From the NCBI RefSeq assembly GCF_009914755.1, contig NC_060927.1: 64,000 nt of DNA. One strand, 5' to 3'. The notes under the pieces were generated by a model. That model had not been told where the DNA came from and made no database searches. It saw nothing but the letters and a program-made list of their open reading frames with translations. This DNA is from the human T2T-CHM13v2.0 reference genome, Homo sapiens. Made by a program: the position numbers and the translations under genes. Positions 15,798 through 27,614 of this stretch are shown in pieces; positions within the stretch are counted from its first letter, which is position 1, and every line of letters starts with the position of its first letter.

Positions 15798-17172
15798 CTA
15801 TTCATGAACATGGACTATCTCTCCATTTATTTAATTATTCTTTGATATCTTTCATCAAGTTTTCCTCATATAGATCTTGTACATACTTTCTTAGATTTCA
15901 ACCCAAGTATTTTATTTTTGAAGGTGTTAATGTAAATGGCATTATGTTTTTAATTTCAAATTCTACTTGTTCATTACTGATATATAGGAAAGTGATTGAT
16001 TTTTATATATTAGCCTTGTATCCTACAACCTTGCTATAATTGCTTATTAGTTCTAGGAGTCATTTTGTCTACTCTTTTGAATTTTCTGTATAATCATGTC
16101 ATTTTTTAACAAAACCAGTTTTACTTATTCCTTCCCAATCTGCATACTTTTGATTTTATTTTCTCCTCTTGTTGCTAGGACTTTCAGCACAATGTTGAAA
16201 GGCAGCATTGAGAGAGAACAGCCTTGCCTTGTTCCTAATCATAGGAGCAAAGCTTCCAATTTGTCACCATTAAGTATGATGTTAGCTGTAGGTTTTTTGT
16301 AGATGTTTTTTATTGAGTTGAGGAAGTTCCCCTCTATTCCTAGTCTGTCGCAGGTACCTTATTTTTTTCTTTTACAATATAGTTTGGAGAACATTCTATC
16401 ATAGACATTAAGAGCAGTCATTATTATTATTGCTTTCTACAGATGCATAGCATAGTATTTTATTGCATGGATATATTATAGTTTATTTAACCTGACCCCT
16501 ATTAACGGTTATTTAGGTTGTTTGCATATCTTATATTGGCACAAACAGTGCTGCAAATGTCCATCTTCTGGCAAGTGAATAAATACACTGTGATATATGC
16601 ACACAAAATAATTCTGCTCAGCAATACAAAGGAATGAACCAATGATACGTTCAACAACATGAATAAATCTCAAAAGCATTACACTGAGAAAAAAAAACAG
16701 ACACAAAAGACTACATACTCTTTTATTACATTTGTATTAAATTCTTGAAAAGGCAAATCTATATGGACAGAAATCAGAGCTACATTTGCCAGGGGACAGG
16801 GAATGGGATTAACCATAAAGGCAGAGAGGGAAGTTTTGTGAATGATTGTGGAGATGGTTATACCTGTGGTGATAGTTTATATCTATCACAGCTCATTGAA
16901 TTTTTTACTTTTAAAAAGTGACTTTTATTGTATATAGATTTTATTTCAATAAAGTTGATTTTAAAGAAAAAGTAACTGCCAAATGATTTAACCCATGAAC
17001 TAAAAGATCACAAATATGGTAACCAAAGTTTGAAAGGTGAAATATATTTGAAGGACTGAGAGTTAGAGATCCTGGACAATCTTATCCTTCTTTTTGACCA
17101 CTATCATGTTGTTATTACATTACCGGCAGAACACGTAATAAAAGTAAGATGAAAAGATCAAGCATTCACTGT

Positions 17173-17470
17173 ATTTTTCTTTTTATTTTTTTAGAGACAA
17201 GGTTTTTGCTCTGTTGCCCAAGCTGGAGGACAATGGCACTATCATAGCTCACTATAATCTCAAGCTCCTGGGCTCAAAAAAAATCTTCCCAACTAAACCT
17301 CTCCCTAGGAATTATAGGCACCCACCATCACACCCTATCACACCCAGCTAATTTTTTATTTTTTGTAGAGACTGGGTCTCGCAGTGTCACCCAGGCTGGT
17401 TTCAAGCAATCCTCCTGCCTCAGTCTCCCACAGTGCTGGGATCACAGGCGTGGGCCCCTGGGCCCAGCCC
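17173..17470 (-). mobile_element. AluJ
   Basis: Diverged antisense Alu. Confidence 0.88.
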
Positions 17471-18635
17471 AGGATTTTAACTAATTACAGAAAATTATTC
17501 CCGTGTCTGGATCAATAACTATGCCTCTTTAATTTATGAAATATTCATTTTACTAACAAATCACTAGAAAAACCTCCAAAGTCACCGAAATTGAGCTGAA
17601 TTTCATCTTTCCGTTCTACTCCCACTAGAAACCCTCTTATCATTTAATTATTTACTAATTAACTCCCCATTCCCTCCTACTTCCAAAGGATCTCAAACAA
17701 CTTCATAAATAAGTGAGGCAAGTATAATAATGGGAAAAAAGTTAAAGCATAGATAAATAAATGCAGGGTAGAGAGCCTAAATAATGACTAGAAGTGGCTA
17801 CAAATTTTGCTCCAAGTTTCTAATTGGCCTCCCAAAAGAGGAAAACATGTATTCTATGTGTTTGATATACTTATAAACATCAAAGTTTCTATGAAATAAA
17901 GAAAAATCTAAGTGTTAAGGAAATGCAACATTTATTTTTGATATGATGACCAGTGTGACAATTTTCCCATGGATCTTTCAATAGAGGAAATTGCATAACA
18001 TAGTGAATGTCTTCAATGGCACATTGGAAAAGCCATGATAGTGAGATTTCTGAGGCACCCTTAGAGCCACAGAGAAAGCCAAGAACAGAATGCCACTCTA
18101 GGAAAGAGAACCTGGTGGCTGGAGGACAAAGGTGGCAGATAAGAGTTACTTCATTGTACACATACCCTTTTGCAGCTTTTGAGCAGTGGACACCCCATAC
18201 ATATTACCAAACAGTGCTTAATTGTACAGACTGGGGAAGCAGGCTCCCTGGTTCAAATCACAGCTGTACAAACTACCAGTTACAGTATAGTGGGCAAGCT
18301 CTGTGCCTTATCTCTGAAGTGGGGATTGCAGAATATCTGCCTCATTCGATCACTGGAAAGGTTAAATGTGTTAATATGTAAAAGAACCTTAGTATCAGGT
18401 TAAGTGGTAGTTATTACTAATGATAATGCCAAAGTACAGTTTTGTAAAAGTTGTCTTATGAAGGACCAAAGCAATGTTACTCTATGTATAAAGCTCCATG
18501 ATAATCAGATTTTAGATACCAGCATAAATTTAGAATATCTGACACACATGAAAATCAGTTGTCATGCCCATGGGGTTTATATAGCGAACAGACCCAATTT
18601 TGGGTTTTGTTACCTGTTTTAAAAGGCAATGCACA

Positions 18636-18943
<308 letters not shown>

Positions 18944-19021
18944 TTATTGGAAGAAACTGAAGACTATCTCGGTAAATAAAAAGACATCCCATGTTCATGG
19001 ATTAGAAGGCATAAGCTGTAA

Positions 19022-19318
19022 GGCTGGGCACGGTGGCTCATGCCTGTAATCCCAGCACTTTGAGAGTTCAAGGCAGGTGGATCACCTGAGGTCAGGAGTT
19101 CAAGACCAGCCTGGCCAGCATGGTGAAACCCTGTCTCTACTAAAAATACAAAAATTAGCTGGGCATGGTGCCAGGTGCCTGTAATCCCAGCTACTTGGGA
19201 AGCTGAGGCAGGGAGAATTACCTGAACCTGGGAGGCAGAGGTTGCAGTGGGCCAAGATCGCGCCACTGCACTCTAGCCTGGGTGACAGAACAAGACTCTG
19301 TCTCAAAAAAAAAAAAAA
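19022..19318 (+). mobile_element. AluSx-like
   Basis: Alu motifs. Confidence 0.93.
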
Positions 19319-19504
19319 GCAGGTTTAAGCTGTTAAGTTGGCAATACTCCCCAAACTGATCTACAAATTCAATGAAATCCTTATCAAAAGCCCAGCTTTC
19401 TTTGTTTCAGAAACTTATAAACTGACCCTAAAATTCATATGGAAATGCAAATTACCCAGAATAGCCAAAACAATCTTGAAAAAGAAGAAAAAATTTTTTA
19501 AGAT

Positions 19505-19804
19505 TTTATTTTTATTTATTTATTTAAAAAAATTTTTTTTGAAATGGGGTCTTGCTCTGTCACCCAGGCTGGAGTGCAGTGGCACGATCTCGGCTCACTG
19601 CAACCTCTGCCTCCTGGGTTCAGTGATTCTCTTCTTGCCTCAGCCTCCAGAGTAGCCACCACACCCGGCTAATTTTTATATTTTTAGTAGCGACGGTGTT
19701 TCGCCATTTTGGCAGGCTGGTCTCAAACTCCTGACCTCAGGTTATCCACCCATCTCAGCCTCCCAAAATGCTAGGATTACAGGTGTGAACCACGGTGCCC
19801 GGCC
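19505..19804 (-). mobile_element. AluS
   Basis: Antisense Alu motifs. Confidence 0.9.
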
Positions 19805-20922
19805 CTCAGAAGAACAAAATTCGTTCACATTTCCAAATTTCAAAGTTACTAGAAAGCTACAGAAATCAAGATGGTGTGGAACTAACATTAGGATTGACAT
19901 ATAAATCAATGAAATAGAATTGATTCCAGAAATTGAATTTAGTCACATTTATGATCAATTGATTTTTCATAATCGTGCCAAGACAATTCAGTGGGAAAAG
20001 AATAGTCTTTTCAACAGATGGTATTGGAACAACTCAATGTTCACACACAAAAGAAAAAACCTGAACTCCTACTTCACAACATAAAAAACTTAACAAAAAT
20101 TAACTCAAAATGGACTATGGACATAATTTTAAAAGCTAAAACTACAAAACTCCTGAAGAAAACATAGGAGTAAATCTTCATGACTTTTGGTTAGGCAATA
20201 GTTTCCTAGGTATGACACCAAAAACAGAAGCAACAGAAGAAAAATAAATTGGACTATATCAAAATTTAAAACTTCTATGCTACAAACAATACTACCAAGA
20301 ATATGAAAAGTTAACTCGCAGAATGAGAGAATATATTTGCAAATCATATAGCTGATAAAAGATTTGCGTCTAGACAAAGAAATTTTACAACTCAATAACA
20401 AAGTAAACCCAATTAAAAAGTGAGCAAAGGGTTTGAATAGACATTTCTCCAAAGAAGTTGTACACATGGTTAGTAAGCACATGAAAAGATAATCAATATC
20501 AAAAGTCACTAGAGAAATGCAAATAAGAATCACAACGAGATATCACTTCAGACAACAACAAATGTTGGCTAAGAAACGAAGAAATTTGAACCATCATACA
20601 TTGCTGGTGGAAATGAAAAATGATACAGATGTTCTGGAAAACAGTCTGGCAGTTCCTAAAATGTTAAACATAGAATTACCACATGATCTAGCAATTCTAC
20701 TCTTTGTATATATTTAGGAAAAAAAATATGTCAATGCAAAAATTTGAACACAAATGTTCACAGCAGCATTATTCATACCAGCCAGAGTGGAAACTACCCA
20801 AATGTCCACCAACATGTTCATCCATAATGAATGGATAAACAAAATGTGGTATACCCATAATGAAATATTATTTGGCAATAAAAAAGAAATGAATTTTTTT
20901 TTTCACAACAAAGACCACGCCA

Positions 20923-20928
20923 TTTATT
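20923..20928 (-). terminator. PolyA signal AATAAA of the retrocopy
   Basis: Minus strand reads gtAAATAAAtggcgtggtctttgttgtgA10. Confidence 0.85.
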
Positions 20929-22579
20929 TACAAAGGCCAGTGTGGGAGCTGGGGGAGGCAGGGAGGGAAAGCCACACAGACATCTTCTCTGGACTGCTTG
21001 GGACCCTTTCCCACTTGGAGCAAACTCTGTTCCTCTTGCCGTCATATTCTCAGCCATGGGGTCGGTCCTCCAAGCAGCTGGGCCAAGTAGGAGAGGGAAG
21101 AGGTGATATGAGCCTCCTCTGTGCTCTGACAGAGCAATGTCCAATTCCAGATCAAAGGCATCATTGCCACCCTCTCCTCTCCTTCCTCAAAGAAAACTTT
21201 CTGGCCTGGAGGGAAATAGTTAAGAACTGAAAGGCCAGGGGCTCTGGAGGAAAAAAACCCTCTACTATTCCCACAAGGCAGTGAGGGGTGATAAGGGTGC
21301 TAGTCACAGCCCTGACAGCTTCAGAAAGGGTACCCACATTACCTCTGGGTTACCCAGCATCCAGAGCTCCAAGGGACCTAGCTCTCCCAGATATATATTC
21401 CTGCAATGGACTGACCTTTTTACCCACTTGTCTCTGGTGGTGGGAGAGCACTCTGAACCAGAAACCAACAAGGAATCCACTTCCCACCCAACTTAAGAGT
21501 GTATGCACACATGTGGATACACATGCACCTCCCCACTACTCACACAGACCCCAACCCCCTTCATGTCTTTTGAGGGGGGCTCAAATTACTGGTGCCTGGG
21601 GACACAAGCAAGACCTGGGTCCATGGAAATGTGTGTGTGTGTGCATATAAGCACATGTGCTTGAGGAACTAAAGCCAATATGACCCCTTGTGGGGCGTGG
21701 CGCTTAGCTTCATTGAGCTCCTTTCTTCAGTTTAAATTCCATTAGCATCTCTAAGTCTCTTCTGCCAGCTTGGGCCTGGATTCTTCTGCCTAAAAGAGCT
21801 ACGAGTGCTTCTGCTCCCCACTGTTAATTCCAACTTCCAAGCCTTTTACTCAGGCTGTCTCCCCCATTCCCCTCCTCCGAATAATCTCATTCCCTCCTCT
21901 TTCACATCAATTTCCTCTGAGCTGCTCCAGGGTTTGTTAATTCCTGTCCAGAGAGCTCTCTCATCTCCCTCTTCAGACAGGGAGAACAGGCGTCTTCCTC
22001 CTTACCCTGGAATTTCCAACAGTTCCCACCAAAAAGTGCTGAATGAACCAGAATAGGGGCCGAGGAGGAAAATTACCACCTGTTTCACCTGCTCCTCCTT
22101 CAGAGCGAGAAATTCTAGCATTGGTTGGGCTAGGGGTTGGGGGGTAGGGAGAAAAAGAAGGAAGAGAGTTACCAAAAGTAAACATAAGACAAAACCCTAG
22201 TGGTATAGATGGAAGACTATGTTCCAGTAAACCAGAGAGCTGGTTCCTCCCTCGACTCTGCACAGCCACTGAAAGTTTAAAGATTGCAAAAGTGGTGTGG
22301 GGCAAGGAGGTAGAGTCAATCAATGAAACTGTGAAAACTGTTTAAGTAGCACTGCTCAAGGAGACCAGGAGAGAAGATTCTGTTAGAGACGTAGCAGTAA
22401 AACCATAATTCTCAGACAGAGCTAAGGGGTTGGAGCCCATGTCTCTAAAGTCACCCTGCTGTTTGGAAAGGATGAGGGAGAAGACGGAAGGGATGACAAG
22501 CTGCAGAGGGTAAGGATTGACAGAAGAACCGAATGCTGACATCGAGGGAGGGGAGAGGCAGGAGGCATGGGACGAGGGA

Positions 22580-24385
22580 TTAGGAGAGCTGGGAGCCCAG
22601 CAGTCTCTCGATAGCTGCGTTGATGTCCCCTCCTGTGGCAATCAGGGCCTGCAGGTTGGCCTCACGATTGATGAAGCCCATGGAGTTGAGCTGCTCCAGC
22701 TGCTGCTGAAATCTCACTTCTGACGTCTGCACCTGTGAGTTTCCACTTCCAGCCAAAAGCTGGATCATCTGCTGCATGAGTTGCTGCTGGGTGCTGGAAG
22801 CCCCTGTTGGAGAAGATGTGGCTGGCGTGGCTGGTGAGGAAGTGGGGGCCTCGGGCGTAGACCCTGCGTTGCTGCCTGCTGAGGGTGCTGGGGTCCGGGA
22901 CATCCCGAAGGAGACAAGGCTGGGTACCAGCCCAGGGGCCTCGGTCTGCAAGGTCTGTAGTCCCTGCTGGATCTGCAGCAATGCCTGCATGGCTCGGGGA
23001 TTGGTAAGGATGGAGAGTGACTCTGGGTTCTGCATCTGCTGCAGGAAGACTGGGAGCTGCAGGCGGAGCTGCTCCTGCAGTTGGGGGTTCCCCGCGAAGA
23101 GCGGCACATTCACCATCATCTGAGCAGCGAAGTCGGGGTTCTGGGCAAGCGTCTGCATCATGCTGCGCATGTAGGGTGCTGAGATCACATTCTGCATCAG
23201 CTGGGGGTTCTCAGAGATCTGCTGGAGGAGGGCTTGCATTTCTGGGCTATTGAACATCCCTGACCTCAGGCTAGCCGCATTGATCCCAAAGGGGTTCAAG
23301 ACTGTCGGGTGCACCTGGCTGGTCCCCGATCCTCCGGTGCCCTCCCCACCGGACCCGGGGGCCTGGGAGGTGGGGGGCGAGGGGCTCCAGGGGTTAGGGA
23401 GGGGCTCTCGATTCTCAGTCCGCAGAGGCTGGGAGGATGAGCTGTCGGAGTTCCCGGCCAGGGAAGAGAAGGGATTGTTGCCAAACTGTTCCCGGGCAGC
23501 ACTGAACATGGGCTCCTGGATGTCCGTGTACATGCGGCGGAGGGCATTATACCCTCCAGGGATGCTCTCAAGGTTGCTCAGGGCCCGGTCCTGGTTCCGC
23601 ATCATCTCTTGCATCACGGCTGGATTCCGAGCAAGCTCCATTGTCTGCCTCATGAGTTCAGGGTTATTGAGCATGTGGCTGATCTCAGGGTTCCGCTCCA
23701 TCAACTGCTGCATCTGGGGTTTGGCAATAATCATGTGACGCATCAGGTCAGGGTTAGACATCATATCCTGGACCAGGGGGTTCTCCATGATCTGCAACAG
23801 CATCTCAGGATTGGACATCAGCTGCCTCTGCATCTGCTGCTGCAGCTCCATGAAGTTGGCAGAGCCCAGGCCCAGGCTGCCCAGCCCCAGGATGCCCCCA
23901 AAGCCAGAGAGTATGGACGCAGTAGCACTGGGGGATCCCTCCCCAGTCCCTGGAGAGGGCCCCCCACCACTGCTCCTCCGGCTTCCACTGCCAGCATCCG
24001 AAGAGGCACTGTCAGAGGTGGAGGGCTGGGTAGGGGTGGTGGGTGAAGCAGGCGTGGTGGAGGGTGCTGAGGCAGGGTCAGGTGTGGAGGGGGAAGAAGC
24101 AGTGGCAGCAGCTGGATCTTGAGCCTTCTGAGGGGTCTTGATGACCAGATGGACAGTGAGCCCGTCCTTGATTCCGTGCTGGTTCAGTGTGTCCCCATCC
24201 TTGAGGATCTTGCCTGACAAGATCAGGACCAGCTGATCCTGCTGAGCCTTAAACCTCCGGGAGATTTCCTCTTTGAACTCCTTGACCGAGGCTCGATCGC
24301 AGATCACAATTTCCTCCTTGTCCTTGGGGGTCTTGACGGTGACCCGAATGGGGGGCCTCGTCTCGGCCCCGCTCGGCTCCGCCAT
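22580..24385 (-). CDS. Intact ubiquilin-4-like ORF, 601 aa (UBL - STI1 repeats - UBA); extends to 630 aa from the ATG at 24472
   Basis: [25 protein letters not shown]...[34 protein letters not shown] with no stops or frameshifts. Translation is not demonstrated. Confidence 0.6.
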   Translation of the reverse strand: MAEPSGAETRPPIRVTVKTPKDKEEIVICDRASVKEFKEEISRRFKAQQDQLVLILSGKILKDGDTLNQHGIKDGLTVHLVIKTPQKAQDPAAATASSPSTPDPASAPSTTPASPTTPTQPSTSDSASSDAGSGSRRSSGGGPSPGTGEGSPSATASILSGFGGILGLGSLGLGSANFMELQQQMQRQLMSNPEMLLQIMENPLVQDMMSNPDLMRHMIIAKPQMQQLMERNPEISHMLNNPELMRQTMELARNPAVMQEMMRNQDRALSNLESIPGGYNALRRMYTDIQEPMFSAAREQFGNNPFSSLAGNSDSSSSQPLRTENREPLPNPWSPSPPTSQAPGSGGEGTGGSGTSQVHPTVLNPFGINAASLRSGMFNSPEMQALLQQISENPQLMQNVISAPYMRSMMQTLAQNPDFAAQMMVNVPLFAGNPQLQEQLRLQLPVFLQQMQNPESLSILTNPRAMQALLQIQQGLQTLQTEAPGLVPSLVSFGMSRTPAPSAGSNAGSTPEAPTSSPATPATSSPTGASSTQQQLMQQMIQLLAGSGNSQVQTSEVRFQQQLEQLNSMGFINREANLQALIATGGDINAAIERLLGSQLS

Positions 24386-24472
24386 GCCGCCGCCGCCACC
24401 CGGCCGCCCGCCAGCCCGCCCGGCTCCTCCTCCTCCCCGCTCGCCCGGCCGGCCCGGCTCGGCTTCTGCCAT

Positions 24473-24765
24473 TTTTTTTCTTTTTTTTGAGACAAAGTCT
24501 CACCCTGTCACCCAGGCTGGAGAGCAGTGGCGCAATCTTGCCTCACTGCAACCCCTCCCGTGTTCAAGCGATTCTCCTGCTTCAGCCTCCTGAGTAACTG
24601 GGATTATAGGTGTGTGCCACTATGCCCGGCTAATTTTTGTATTTTTAGTAGAGATGGTGTTTCGCCATGTTAGCCAGGCTGGTCTTGAACTCCTGACCTC
24701 AGGTGATCTGCCTGCCTCAGCCTCCCAAAGTGCTGCAATAGAGACGTGAGCCACTGCACCTGGCC
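24473..24765 (-). mobile_element. AluSx-like element directly 5' of, and co-oriented with, the UBQLN4 retrocopy
   Basis: Full-length Alu whose A8GA8 tail abuts the retrocopy 5' end. Confidence 0.95.
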
Positions 24766-25122
24766 AAGAAATGAAATATTGATACGTTTCACAACATGGA
24801 AGAACTTTGAAAACATTATGCTAAATGAAAGAAACCAGTTACACAAGACAACATATAGGTAAATCTCAATAGACAAATGTTTAGACAGAAAGTAGATTAG
24901 TAGTTGCCCAGGACTGAGGGAAAGAAGAAGAGAGTAAGGAGTGACTGCTAATGGGTACAGATTTCTTTTGGGTTGATGAAATTGTTCTAAACTTAGATTG
25001 TGGTAATAGTTGTACAACTCTGTGAATACACTAAAAACCATTTAGGTATACACTTTAATTCAGCACAAGTGGCTGAATTTTACACAATGTGAGTTATGTA
25101 ACAATAAGGATTAAAAAAAAAA
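24766..25122 (+). mobile_element. L1M 3' end (continuation of 18935-20893)
   Basis: aagaaatgaa...acaacatggaagaactttgaaaacattatgctaaatgaaagaaaccag...gactgctaatgggtac. Confidence 0.85.
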
Positions 25123-25819
25123 GCTATGTAACCAGCCATCAGGCTACTGCAACTTTTGGAGTTTGGGACTCTAGCTTTCAAGTGAAGAACGGACTACTTT
25201 GGGCCTCCAAGGATATTATTTCTTGAAACCAAACTTTTGCTTGATATTGTGATTACCGACAACAATCCCAGGTACAGATTGTGTATGTTATCAATTAAGG
25301 GCAAAATTTTAAGTTAGTTGACTAGTTAGTTCCTGTGTCTGGCCAGATGTGGTATATGTATTTCACAAACTTTCCGTGGGAACCATTTGATTCTCAGGCG
25401 AGTAGGTTGCCCTCTGCTCCGGAATATATTTCCAGGTCAGTTGCCCCCACCATCAATTAGTGTGTGTGCTCAAAAGAATGCAAACTGATTTCAGCATTAT
25501 CTTAAACAAAACTTAATTAGGAAGGTAAGTATCCTGCCAAAAAAATTACATAATGCATTACAAAGCCAATTTAAAATGAATTTTGGACCATTCCGAATAT
25601 ATGAATTCAGCATAGGTTTAAATGGTTAATAGTCATGCCTACTGATGTAGGGTATAACTTATCTTTTTTAACTTAAATCTTTCTTTTAGGATTCTGTAAT
25701 TTTACTAGTTCAAGTTTCACAAGAAAAAAAATAACAAGCTAAAATCTGAAACATTTGCCTCACTATACCATGTTTATCCACTACCTCTAAGGCCTTACAA
25801 TCCAAAATGTTTGAACACC

Positions 25820-25952
25820 TCACTATTCAAAGTGTGGGTCCATAGCCTGGGGATCACCTGGGAGACCCACCCCCAAACTACTGAGTCAGAATCCGCATTT
25901 TAATAAGATCCTTGGGCAATCTGTGTGCGCATTAAAGTTTGAGAGGTCTTGC
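25820..25952. mobile_element. MER5-family DNA transposon fragment
   Basis: ctactgagtcagaatccgcattttaataagatcc...cattaaagtttgaga. Confidence 0.7.
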
Positions 25953-26684
25953 TCTCACACCAGACTGAAGCTCACTGCAGGGCAGCCTCAGGAAAAGTAG
26001 GCAGTGGGGTCATTATGATCTATATTAAGACAATGAAGAAGAACAGATTGTAGCAACCTCAAAATGTCCCTATTTGATTCAAAGTGGTAAAAGCTGTAAA
26101 CTTTCTATTTGTGTAAATATACATGAAGCTCAGGAAGGGAAGCTGTGGTAACCGTTCCTTTTACTTAAACGTCCTGGGAGTTGCAGCAGAGAGGAGCTTG
26201 TTCTAAGGGAAGCTTTTCTGTTTTTCCCAGTTGTCCCCAGTTCTACCTCCTGGCTTTGCCCTTTCAGCCCCATCACCACATCCCTGGCTAAGTCCAGCCT
26301 GAGATAGTAGGCTGCAAGAAGTAGATGGTTAAGGGTCAGCTGATGGCAGGAGGGTTCTGGGTGAAAGATGGAAATCTCACTCTTCCAAGTTCACCTCTCA
26401 GTCTGCAAAAGAGCAATCAGACTGAGAAGTACCTCTCTTTGTTTTCCCTCTCCCCACTTAAGATACAAAAGTGTAGCCTTTGTGTTCCTTAAAGAGCTCC
26501 AACTCTTCTATGTCTATATCTTTTGAATAAGTGGAAACCCATCTATTGCCCTTTCCACTTTTCTGTTTCCTACAACGGAAGCACATAATGCCAAGTAACT
26601 GGGAGGGCCTCCCATGTGATCAGCGGTCTCTAGGCCATGGTCAAGACTAGGAAGGACTCAAGAGAGGCTCCTGGAAGGTGATAT

Positions 26685-27035
26685 TTAAAATACTGATTTT
26701 AAGGTTCTACCCTTAAGATTCTTTTTGTTTTGTAACCTGTTTTTCTTCAAATAATATATTTTGAACAGCTTTTTATATTAAAAATATATAATGATTATGC
26801 CTACAGAGTATTTCATTACCTCAAGAGTATATGACGCGACTTCAAAAAGTCCATAGAATATACATATTATAAAAAAAAAATGCATGGATTTCAAAATTAT
26901 TTTGCACCAAAATAAACCTACCCTTAAGATTCTGATTCAGGAGGTCTGGGCTTAGGCCCAAAAATCTACGCTTTAACCAGTGCCCCCAAGTGATTCTGAT
27001 GTAGGAGATCCACACCCACACACGAGGAAACAGTG
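26685..27035. mobile_element. MER5A-like element split by a 195-bp insertion that carries an Hsmar2-like end
   Basis: gattctgattcaggaggtctggg...aagtgattctgatg; 16-bp direct repeats at 26707-26722 and 26918-26933. Confidence 0.7.
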
Positions 27036-27497
27036 ATATAACTGGTTTGAGGACAGCAGTACCACCTTTGCAAATAAATCACTTATTCTTAAGCATCTGT
27101 TTTGCTTTTTGAACTGATGTCAACTTCCTGATTGGTTTCCAAATGGCTTTGCAGTACTCATTCAACATTTACCGAGCAATTTCAGTTTTCAGTTTGCAGA
27201 GAACTGAACTACCCGAGGCTTGTTCTGTGTTTGGACTGGGGATGGGGAGCAGAGAAGGATGTGATCACATTAAAGCTATTTCTCAACTTCCTAGAAAAAT
27301 GACAAATTGACCATTTCAAGATTTGTGAAACAGGTTAGCATTGGCTAACCACAGTTACAATAATTTACTAACCTTTTTGGAGCCCCTGTGTACAAGAGGC
27401 ACCAAGACTTTCTGGGTGGGAAGGTTGATTCTGTAACCAAACTGCCAGGGTTTAAATCCTACTTTCTCCATTTATATTATATGACTATAGAAAAGTT

Positions 27498-27614
27498 AGC
27501 ACTTTGGGAGGCTAAGGCTGGCAGATCACTTGAGGCCAGGAGTTCCAGACCAGGCTGGCCAACATGGTGAAACTCTGTCTCTACTAAAAATACAAGAAAA
27601 AAAAGAAAAGAAAA
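27498..27614 (+). mobile_element. Alu left monomer/FLAM inside a MIR
   Basis: agcactttgggaggct...ctactaaaaatacaag. Confidence 0.85.

Larger units (their letters stand above)
13300..16345 (-). mobile_element. Old L1M (3' UTR and ORF2 end), interrupted by two MaLR LTRs
   Basis: Minus-strand ORF2-like peptides (GENLDDLGFDDNFLDTTPKAQSMK; WIYQLWYIWTIEYYSALKRNEL). Boundaries approximate. Confidence 0.85.
20894..24470 (-). pseudogene. UBQLN4P1: Full-length processed retrocopy of UBQLN4 (5'UTR, CDS, ~1.7 kb 3'UTR, polyA remnant)
   Basis: Intronless. AATAAA (TTTATT at 20923-20928 on +) lies 19 nt before an A10 tract (20894-20903). GC-rich 5'UTR at 24386-24470. It interrupts an Alu tail within an L1. 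Symbol from recollection. Confidence 0.9.

Noticed and set aside
22765-24593. Several + strand and alternative-frame ORFs overlapping the UBQLN4 copy
   Set aside because: Shadow ORFs of a GC-rich coding sequence.
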